From: an uncultured delta proteobacterium
Lineage (GTDB): Bacteria; Desulfobacterota; Desulfobacteria; Desulfobacterales; SpSt-501
Length of the DNA: 64,000 nucleotides
Direction of reading: 5' to 3'
Assembly: GCA_963785045.1 (NCBI GenBank)
Contig: CAWAUC010000028.1
Location: 4,367 to 68,366 of the forward strand
The translations under genes and the position numbers were made by a program. Below the pieces are notes generated by a model that worked only from the letters and a program-made list of their open reading frames with translations, searched no databases and had not been told where the DNA came from. Shown in pieces: positions 57,584 through 64,000 of the stretch; positions within the stretch are counted from its first letter, which is position 1, and each line of letters begins with the position of its first letter.

Positions 57584-57898
57584 ATGGCCGGTATCGAACG
57601 GGTTTTAGAGAAGATAGCCTATGCTGTGGAAGGCTCACTTCCCCAGGGGGTCAATTGGCACCAGGAACTTCTGGATCAAATGGCGCTGGAAATACCGAAT
57701 GTCCGGCCGGCGGTGATATCATCGAAAACCCGTGAGCAGCTCGACCCCTGCCGGGGGTTTCGCCACGTGGTCCGCAATGTCTACACGTACCATATCAGCC
57801 CGGATAAGATGAAGCCTTTGGCCAAGGGCATCCGGCCGGTATTCAAGCAGGTCGAAAAAGAATTGGCCGCCTTCAGTCGCTTTATTCAAACCAAGTGA
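57584..57898 (+). CDS. HepT-like (DUF86-related) putative toxin of an MNT/HepT-type pair; partner appears degraded
   Basis: Start ATG 57584 (ggaaggagttgttctATG). ..WHQELLDQMALEIPNVRPAVIS..LDPCRGFRHVVRNVYTYHISPDKM.. resembles the FRH..RN.Y motif family. Upstream ORF 57408..57608 ends ..KLDLVDVDDCGVCLRDIIEKEGVVLW, like the C-terminus of a small nucleotidyltransferase antitoxin, but lacks the NTase core. Confidence 0.4.
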   Translation: MAGIERVLEKIAYAVEGSLPQGVNWHQELLDQMALEIPNVRPAVISSKTREQLDPCRGFRHVVRNVYTYHISPDKMKPLAKGIRPVFKQVEKELAAFSRFIQTK

Positions 57899-57922
57899 CG
57901 AGAGGATTCTAATGGGTTCCAA

Positions 57923-58054
57923 TCAGGAGCAGATGAAGTCAAAATCAAGATGCTGGGCGATCTGCCTCAAGACATGATCGCTGCGGATGCGCTGATCCAG
58001 ATTGATACGGTCATAAAACATTTTTTGCTGTTGATTTGGCTGGCGACCCATCAT
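57923..58054 (-). pseudogene. N-terminal 43-codon remnant of an IS5/IS1182-family transposase
   Basis: Hand translation gives MMGRQPNQQQKMFYDRINLDQRIRSDHVLRQIAQHLDFDFICS*. This matches the ..Q..LFY...L...IP.DH.LR.I.. N-terminal domain of these transposases. Confidence 0.55.
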
Positions 58055-58093
58055 GGCAGGAGTGCTCTCCCTTATTTGCTGTTTTATTTCTAA

Positions 58094-58335
58094 CTAGCAA
58101 ATAACGAGACGATTTTCAAGACTTATTTGGGCAACGAGTTTCTCCTGAGAGCGCCCATATCGAGAGGCGACACCCACAAGAAAGTCAGCCAGTTCATGAG
58201 CCCGCCTGACGACATCGCGCTCGTCAAATACGCCTTCGGCCAAGCGCCTGAAAAATCGTGGCAGACCATTTTCCAACACCTTTCCTCGCGGGCTGATTAT
58301 CGCAGAGCGGGCGCTGATTCGCCTGGAAATTCCAA
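58094..58335 (-). pseudogene. Remnant of an MhqD-like alpha/beta hydrolase (carboxylesterase), frameshifted and truncated
   Basis: The tail of the dioxygenase ORF (..TVPLHGMGGNKRI) resembles the LLHGxGGxE start of these esterases. ORF 58094..58279 continues in another frame with ..LENGLPRFFRRLAEGVFDERDVVRRAHELADFLVGVASRYG.. and then ends at the IS remnant. Confidence 0.45.
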
Positions 58336-59373
58336 TCAGATCCTTTTGTTTCCGCCCATGCCGTGGAGCGGCACAGTGGTCTGCCCATCATCCAGGGCTT
58401 TTTCCGGTCGCCGGAACTCATGCTGAAACTCCGGGGTTCTCAAAGGCGGAAGGGTGCTTACAATCTTTGACCGGATGGGTTCGTACTGACTCGGCAACTT
58501 CAATGACGCACCGAGCTTTTCCAGCGGCTCGTCCACGGTGAAGCCCGGTGGATCGGTTGCAATCTCAAAAAGCACGCCACCCGGCTCGTGAAAGTAGATG
58601 GACTTGAAATATTTCCTGTCGATGATCGCGGTCACCTGGAATCTTTCCTGGATCAATTGGTTGCGCCAATTCAGTTGCTCCTCGTCCGTCCGGCAGCGGA
58701 AGGCGATATGGTGAACCGTACCGGCCCCTGACCTACCCCTGCCGGCACCCGGGTCCATCAACACGTCGAAAAAATGGCCGGGTGATTGGGAGTCCCGCAT
58801 TTTGAACCGATAGCGGTTGCCTTCCTTGCCATGGAGTTCCAGGCCCATGATTCCGGCCAATAGACCTTGTGTTCGGTCCAAAGAGTTTAAGTGTGCTGTG
58901 GCCGAATGAAACCCGAGAAGGCCATGGCCCGCCTCCACGGAGCTTTCTTGCCAAGGAATGGGAGATGGCGCAGAAGAAACGCCGATCAGTTCCAGAGAAA
59001 GCCCGTGCGGGTCTTTGAATTTTAATACCGGCTCGCCGAAGCGCAGACCTCGCTGAACATCGATCCCCTTGCCGGTCAGCCTTTCATGCCAGTACCCCAT
59101 CGACTTAATCGTGGCTGAAAACGAAATGGCGGATATCATACCGGAACCAGGGCTTCCGAAAGGGGTGCCTTCCCACGGAAAGAACGTGATAATGGTGCCA
59201 GGAGACCCTGTTCCGTCGGCGTAGTAGAGATGGTAGGTGTATGGGTCGTCGAAATTTACGGTCTGTTTAACGAGCCTTAAGCCCAGCACCTGTTCGTAAA
59301 ATTTCAGGTTTTCAGCAGCCGATGCCGCAATGGCGGTTATGTGGTGGATCGCGCTTATTTTGTTCTGTTTCAT
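58336..59373 (-). CDS. VOC-family ring-cleaving dioxygenase (MhqO/YkcA-like)
   Basis: ..IHHITAIAASAAENLKFYEQVLGLRLVKQTVNFDDPYTYHLYYADG.GSPGTIITFFPW.. and ..TVHHIAFRCRTDEEQLNWRNQL...YFKSIYFHEPGGVLFEIATDPPGF form two VOC modules. Confidence 0.75.
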   Translation of the reverse strand: MKQNKISAIHHITAIAASAAENLKFYEQVLGLRLVKQTVNFDDPYTYHLYYADGTGSPGTIITFFPWEGTPFGSPGSGMISAISFSATIKSMGYWHERLTGKGIDVQRGLRFGEPVLKFKDPHGLSLELIGVSSAPSPIPWQESSVEAGHGLLGFHSATAHLNSLDRTQGLLAGIMGLELHGKEGNRYRFKMRDSQSPGHFFDVLMDPGAGRGRSGAGTVHHIAFRCRTDEEQLNWRNQLIQERFQVTAIIDRKYFKSIYFHEPGGVLFEIATDPPGFTVDEPLEKLGASLKLPSQYEPIRSKIVSTLPPLRTPEFQHEFRRPEKALDDGQTTVPLHGMGGNKRI

Positions 59374-59848
59374 TGTGCATCTCCTCAGGTGATTTGTGAT
59401 CTGGTTTCATAACCTGTTTTGGTAACCATGACCCATTGAAATTATTTTTGAGTCCCATCTTTAATCGTGATCGCAGACATCGCATGATCTCCTTTCACGG
59501 GTTTGACTTTTCCTCGATGACAGGGATTGGGTCGTAGATGGGATAGATGGGTTATTTGCGGAGCCATGGCATTCACCCTGGGTGGTTTGAAGAGTTAGTA
59601 CAAGACCAGCGGTTGTCAACGATGGGGGGAATCATCTACTTTTCATCGACAGCCGCCTATCCTAACCAAAATGTGGGTTTAGCTGATCAAAGGTACCAGT
59701 TTACAAAATTGATGAATGTAGCGCACCGGATCGGCGGGAGGCGGCATCGAGAATCTTTACCGAATCTTTACCGAACTTTCATACCACCTTTAAATATCCG
59801 TCTTATCTTTTCTGCACGCCAGTCTGATGCACAATAAGGAGGTGGAGC

Positions 59849-60502
59849 ATGAAGACGCGACGTGAAGCCGTGAAGCTGCTGGTGATGCTGGGGGCGGGGG
59901 CATCCGCCTTCTGGGGACTTCTCGGGTCGGGCCTGAAGCTGGTCTATGCCGAGGCCAAAAAGCTGGTTCTGCCGAAAGGCACTCCCATGGATTCCCTGGT
60001 CACCAAGGATCCCGCCGATCTTGATGCGAGAAACCTGGAGACGACCCCCTTGGACGAATTCGGGACCATGGGCCAGTCGACCTTTCCCGTTTCTCTCGAT
60101 CATTGGCGCCTGGAGGTCACCGGCGCCGTCGAAAAACCGATGGCTTTCAAATACGCGGAGTTGGCGCAGCGCTCGATGATCGAGCGCAACGTCCTTTTGA
60201 TCTGCCCCGGGTTTTTCGCACAGAACGGGCGCTGGAAGGGAATTTCAGCCGCGGAGCTCCTGGCGGAGGCGAAACTCAAGCCGGGGGTCACCCACGTGGC
60301 GTTCAGCGGCCCGAAGGGCTCCAATAACAAGATGGAGCACTTCCCGCTCGAGGAAATCCGATCGGGCAGGGTCTTCCTTGCCTGGCAGGTCAACGGCGCG
60401 CCCTTGCCGCAAAAGCACGGGTTCCCGCTGCGCGTGGTCGCTGAAGGATACTACGGGGCCCGATGGGTCAAATACGTCGACACGATCACGGCCTTGGACT
60501 AG
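59849..60502 (+). CDS. Molybdopterin-binding oxidoreductase (sulfite-oxidase fold, YedY/MsrP-like) with Tat-type signal
   Basis: MKTRREAVKLLVMLGAGASAFWG (twin-Arg). ..WRLEVTGAVEKPMAFKYAEL...LICPGFF...LPQKHGFPLRVVAEGYYGARWVKYV are present. Confidence 0.7.
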   Translation: MKTRREAVKLLVMLGAGASAFWGLLGSGLKLVYAEAKKLVLPKGTPMDSLVTKDPADLDARNLETTPLDEFGTMGQSTFPVSLDHWRLEVTGAVEKPMAFKYAELAQRSMIERNVLLICPGFFAQNGRWKGISAAELLAEAKLKPGVTHVAFSGPKGSNNKMEHFPLEEIRSGRVFLAWQVNGAPLPQKHGFPLRVVAEGYYGARWVKYVDTITALD

Positions 60503-60771
60503 TGTTCACCCATAAACGGCCTCTTTCGGCCCAGGCCGGCGTTCTTGCTCTTTGCAATCCTCGACGCAGACTGACTGCGCCTGCGGTTGCAAAATCGCTG
60601 CGGCCATGGCCTGAACCAAAATCCACCATTTCTGGATGGGCACTAGACTATTGACCAGGGTATCCGTCGTCTCTTGCGGGTGAATTTTGAGAGGTTCACG
60701 ACTGAGGAGGCTTCAACTTTTTCCCGGATCTGTCAAACTCCGAATATTTGGCTGACGTAGAAATAAGCCCC

Positions 60772-60799
60772 TTGACACGCCTGCCGTAATTGATAAAAT
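60772..60799 (+). promoter_or_regulatory. Sigma70-like promoter of abiEi-abiEii, overlapping GTAATT/AATTAC inverted repeats
   Basis: TTGACA (60772..60777), a 16-nt spacer and TAAAAT (60794..60799), 37 nt before ATG 60836. The palindrome gtaatt-gataa-aattac is at 60786..60802, with another gtaatt at 60825..60830. Confidence 0.5.
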
Positions 60800-60835
60800 T
60801 ACCTATATAAAATAATTAGTGCAGGTAATTTTAGC

Positions 60836-61462
60836 ATGAAACTTCGAGGCACGAATACCCTTGGTTCCCGGTTTGACAGAGCGGTTGGGGTTTTCAAAAA
60901 GTACGGCGGCATCCTGCACACAGCACAGGCACTTCGAGCCGGTATCCACCCCAGCACGATCTACGCTATGCGCGACTCTGGGGCGCTGGAGGTGGTAAGC
61001 CGCGGTGTGTACCGCCTTGCCGGCAGCCCTCCCCTGGGCAACCCTGACCTGGTGACCGTCGCGACCCGCATCCCCGGCGGGGTAATTTGCCTGATTTCTG
61101 CGCTGGCCTTCCACAAACTCACCACCCAGATACCTCACGAGGTGCACCTGGCCCTGACCCGCGGTGCAGAGGAGCCACGAGTGGATCACCCACCGATCAA
61201 GACCTATAGGTTTACAGGGGAGGCGTTTACAGAAGGCGTGGATGCTCATGAACTTGACGGCGTAAGCGTGCGCATCTACAACCCGGAGAAGACGCTCGCC
61301 GACTGCTTCAAGTTCCGAAATAGAATCGGCCTCGATACCGCGGTAGAGGCAGTCCGCTTTTACCGTGAACGCAAACGCGTCAAGGCGGACGACCTAATGC
61401 GATATGCATCGATCTGCCGCGTGACGAGGATCATTCGCCCATACCTCGAGGCGATTCTGTAA
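60836..61462 (+). CDS. abiEi: Type IV toxin-antitoxin/abortive-infection antitoxin AbiEi
   Basis: ..GGILHTAQALRAGIHPSTIYAMRDSGALEVVSRGVYRL..PGGVICLISALAFHKLTTQIP..VHLAL..YNPEKTLADCFKFRN are typical AbiEi N- and C-domain motifs. Confidence 0.8.
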   Translation: MKLRGTNTLGSRFDRAVGVFKKYGGILHTAQALRAGIHPSTIYAMRDSGALEVVSRGVYRLAGSPPLGNPDLVTVATRIPGGVICLISALAFHKLTTQIPHEVHLALTRGAEEPRVDHPPIKTYRFTGEAFTEGVDAHELDGVSVRIYNPEKTLADCFKFRNRIGLDTAVEAVRFYRERKRVKADDLMRYASICRVTRIIRPYLEAIL

Positions 61463-62373
61463 TGGCAAAAAACATCCGGAACACCTCTTCATCGGTACAT
61501 CAACGCCTCCTAAACAAGGCCAGGGAATCCTCCCGCCCCTTCAACGAACTCCTGCAGCACTTCGCCATCGAGCGGTTTATATACCGGCTCTCCAAGAGCC
61601 CCCACGCAGAGAGGTTCATCCTGAAAGGGGCCTTGATGTTCGCAGCGTGGATCGGACCGGCGTCACGGCCCACCATGGACATCGATCTTCTCGGAAGAAT
61701 CGACAACAGCCTCGAGGTAATCGCAACCGCGATGAAGGATGCCTGCCGGATGAAGGTTGAAGCGGATGGCATGTCATACCATGCGGAAACATTAACTGCC
61801 GCACGGATCACAGAGGGCGCCGAATACCAAGGCGTGCGAGTCCATGTCCAAGGCAGTCTGGGCAACGCCCGCGTCTCCCTGCAAATAGACATCGGATTCG
61901 GGGATGTCATCGTTCCGGGTCCCAGCAGGGTCGCCTACCCCGTGCTTCTCGACTTTTCACGCCCGGAGTTGAATGGCTACAGCATGGAGAGCACCATCGC
62001 CGAGAAGTTCCAGGCCATGGTAAGGCTTGGCGTTCTGAACAGCCGAATGAAAGATTTCTACGACATTTGGATCCTGTGCCGAACGTTTGATTTCAGGGGC
62101 GAACTTTTAGCTGAGGCGGTCGAGAAAACGTTCGAGAACCGCAGCACACCGGTCATAGTCAATCCCAGGGTTTTCGATTCTTCGTTCGCACAGGATAGGG
62201 ACAAGAAAGTCCAATGGCAGGGATTCATCAGAAAAGCCAAGCTCGCCAACGCGCCGGAGGCCTTTGAGGATGTGGTCGCGGTCGTCAAGCTGTTCCTTGC
62301 ACCTGTCGCAGCATCCCTTTTTGAGCGACGGGTGTTCCGCAGCATCTGGAACGCCCCTGGACCGTGGCGTTGA
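61462..62373 (+). CDS. abiEii: AbiEii/AbiGii nucleotidyltransferase toxin (DUF1814)
   Basis: ..HQRLLNKARESSRPFNELLQHFAIERFIYRLSKSPHAERFILKGALMF....RPTMDIDLLG.. is present. Its start overlaps the AbiEi stop (ATG at 61462). Confidence 0.8.
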   Translation: MAKNIRNTSSSVHQRLLNKARESSRPFNELLQHFAIERFIYRLSKSPHAERFILKGALMFAAWIGPASRPTMDIDLLGRIDNSLEVIATAMKDACRMKVEADGMSYHAETLTAARITEGAEYQGVRVHVQGSLGNARVSLQIDIGFGDVIVPGPSRVAYPVLLDFSRPELNGYSMESTIAEKFQAMVRLGVLNSRMKDFYDIWILCRTFDFRGELLAEAVEKTFENRSTPVIVNPRVFDSSFAQDRDKKVQWQGFIRKAKLANAPEAFEDVVAVVKLFLAPVAASLFERRVFRSIWNAPGPWR

Positions 62374-62494
62374 CCGATGCCTTCAATAAAAACTGTGCCT
62401 AAAATTGTGCCTAATTTCGATGATGCTCTGTTAACCTGAATGAAAAGCAGTGACATCCAAAGGTGTCAGCAATGATGTCCCTAAACTAGCACAT

Positions 62495-63589
62495 TCAAGT
62501 GGCAACCAATTTAAATAAAGAATATTTTTTAGAAATCCGGTCTAAGATTGCCTCGATTTCCTTGATCAACCACTTGGGCTTCAATAACCTGCAGCCGTCG
62601 GAAAACGAGAGGATCCAGGAAATTGTTTCCGGTTCCGATGATGTTTTGAACTTCAGCCGAACCGTCCCATCCTTCTTTTCTGTCACCCTTTGATCCTGGC
62701 TCCATATACGCTCGGAGACAAAACGCGCCGCCCAGTCTTTGAACTCCACCTCTACTTCGAACGGCTCATCTTTGATGACTCCAAAATCGCCGTTGAAATG
62801 GGCTTCAAAGCTGTAGTTCTTGGGATATTCGAAATTCCGGTCTGTTAGTTCGATCTTGGTGATCCTGTGAACAGCCAGCAACGGGTCAAAATCAGGTTTC
62901 TGGTAAGCCCGCCTCGGGTAGCGTGCCATTTGCGAGCTGAGGTACAGGCAGTCTTTGTGGGAAAAGAGCTTCAGCGGCTTAATGAAAAACGTCTTGGCGC
63001 GGCCATCGTACGCAGCCCTATAGTTGACTTTGCACACCTTTCTTTCTTCCATGGCCCGGATCAGCGAACGAAGGGTCTCTTGGTGTGGAGTGTAGTCGAT
63101 GCCGCCGAAAGGGAGAACGGCAAAGTGTTTGCTGGGCGCTCCTTGACCGCCAGAAAGATTTGATAAGCTTTTGTCTATCGCTTGAGCCGCATCTTTCAAG
63201 AGATCAGCTCCCAAAAGATGCTCGGTGAAAGCCTTGCACATCTGGAGCACGGTGATTTCGCTTGGCGATAGGGACAATACCGGCGTTGCAACCCGCTTTT
63301 TGAGCTTAAAATATTTCCTCTGGCCCTGGATACTTTCCTCGATCTCCACCCCGTAAGCCCGCCGAATGTCATCCACCAACCTCAAAACCGTCTGCTTGGA
63401 GCACCCCAGCATCCGGGCCAAGTCCGTCAGGGAGTGGCTCTCGCTGGAAAACATCAGCCGGGCAAACAAACTGATCAGCTTGACGCCGTAGCTTTTGTAA
63501 GGGTCGAGTTTGCTCGGCAAGACAGCCTCCGAAAAATCGACATAACCGTTCCGCAATATGGAACGAGCCCTTTCTATAATCTGGGTCAT
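62495..63589 (-). CDS. HTH + WYL-domain transcriptional regulator
   Basis: ORF 62495..63733 with the likely start at Met 63589 (MTQIIERARSIL). The longer version would overlap the divergent gene. The HTH is SLTDLARMLGCSKQTVLRLVDDI and the WYL region is KVCKVNYRAAYDGRAKTFFIKPLKLFSHKDCLYLSSQ. Confidence 0.75.
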   Translation of the reverse strand: MTQIIERARSILRNGYVDFSEAVLPSKLDPYKSYGVKLISLFARLMFSSESHSLTDLARMLGCSKQTVLRLVDDIRRAYGVEIEESIQGQRKYFKLKKRVATPVLSLSPSEITVLQMCKAFTEHLLGADLLKDAAQAIDKSLSNLSGGQGAPSKHFAVLPFGGIDYTPHQETLRSLIRAMEERKVCKVNYRAAYDGRAKTFFIKPLKLFSHKDCLYLSSQMARYPRRAYQKPDFDPLLAVHRITKIELTDRNFEYPKNYSFEAHFNGDFGVIKDEPFEVEVEFKDWAARFVSERIWSQDQRVTEKKDGTVRLKFKTSSEPETISWILSFSDGCRLLKPKWLIKEIEAILDRISKKYSLFKLVAT

Positions 63590-63667
63590 AAACGGGATTA
63601 CAGGAGGGCCTGAATGGGTATCGGCAAAAATCAAAAAACCTTGATGCCAAGGGAGGATGGAGGGGAA

Positions 63668-64000
63668 ATGAAGAACGATCGGTTCATGTGGATCAAATGC
63701 GCTGAATACGTGAAAAGGCATATTGTCAAGCATTCACTCGGAAATGATGCCCTGGTGCAGTTAGTCTGCAGGATTATCGGAAATGAAAGGGGCAACCTGG
63801 CTAATTTCCTTCTGAGCTGCGTCGGCAAAAGACTGGCCTCGAAATACGAGGAGGAGCTTGCCGAGTCAGGTTTGTCTGTCAGCCGACAGCTGGACACCTC
63901 AGATAGAATTCCTGCAAACGCGAAGGTTCCAAAAAGCATCCTTAAGACCCTTTCTCGCGGTGATCGTGAAATGATGAAAAATCTTTTCGCCCAAAAGGCA
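63668..64000 (+). CDS. Hypothetical protein, 5' part only (open to window end), divergent from the WYL regulator
   Basis: Absent from the track because it has no stop. The hand-translated frame is open from 63614. ATG 63668 is preceded by ggaggatggaggggaa and gives MKNDRFMWIKCAEYVKRHIVKHSLGNDALVQLVCRIIGNERGNLANFLLSCVGKRLASKYEEELAESGLS... Confidence 0.4.
   Translation, partial: MKNDRFMWIKCAEYVKRHIVKHSLGNDALVQLVCRIIGNERGNLANFLLSCVGKRLASKYEEELAESGLSVSRQLDTSDRIPANAKVPKSILKTLSRGDREMMKNLFAQKA

Noticed and set aside
56759-57608. ORFs 56759..57205 (148 aa), 57180..57362, 57202..57405 and 57408..57608, plus a 25-codon ORF with an RBS at 56958 (MKTVSLLAFRKDAHFKAAGFIPLLA).
   Set aside because: The products are low-complexity (poly-G/A, K/R-rich), with no motifs and no consistent frame. 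The MKTVSL.. start and the ..KLDLVDVDD..EKEGVVLW tail look like eroded antitoxin or nucleotidyltransferase pieces, but the support is too weak to annotate them as genes.

Overview
All calls come from reading the sequence and ORF track by eye. No database search was run. The window is visibly GC-rich and probably comes from an anaerobic Desulfobacterota-type bacterium. I infer this from an Mvh-type [NiFeSe] hydrogenase / HdrA-like operon that carries four in-frame UGA codons at conserved Cys positions.

Layout:
(1) 1-7.3 kb: an IS110-family element, cut by the window edge, is inserted into a dispersed repeat. It is followed by TamB-like and Omp85 (BamA/TamA-like) genes and a decayed IS1380 element with intact 15-bp inverted repeats.
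(2) 7.4-27.5 kb: an accessory conflict/defence island. It holds an M48 lipoprotein peptidase, a DUF4071/TPR-type protein, a TIR-TM-WD40 protein and a tight SLATT - TIR - STAND NTPase (TM + pentapeptide) - exported-protein operon. It also holds an unknown gene plus a frame-disrupted two-HKD phospholipase-D gene, a WYL-regulator fragment, VapBC, a decayed GHKL-ATPase / unknown / helicase cassette and RelE-Phd.
(3) 27.7-42.3 kb: pseudogenes (selO with 3 frameshifts, a TPP-enzyme 3' fragment, ldh with an internal deletion). There is also an AT-richer cassette (TRAP transporter, family III CoA-transferase, IclR, kinase-like, TauE/SafE) bracketed by same-orientation copies of a repeat built from a truncated IS200-like/RAYT transposase 5' fragment plus long palindromic hairpins. 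OsmC and LplA genes follow.
(4) 42.4-45.3 kb: a compact candidate RiPP locus with a Cys-rich precursor, a radical-SAM/SPASM maturase and a signal-less G1 glutamic peptidase.
(5) 46.0-56.7 kb: one long minus-strand operon. It encodes a maturation protease, an HTH-HdrA-like protein (Sec), MvhD (Sec), an HdrCB/GlpC-like protein (Sec), an FrhB-like protein, MvhG, MvhA (Sec) and a 2-hydroxyacid dehydrogenase, and ends in a terminator.
(6) 57-64 kb: toxin-antitoxin and IS remnants, a VOC dioxygenase, a Mo-oxidoreductase, AbiEi/AbiEii, a WYL regulator and a divergent partial gene.

I recognised no rRNA, tRNA or CRISPR array. Many long ORFs in the track, especially on the + strand between 45.9 and 55.3 kb, are antisense shadows of GC-rich genes.
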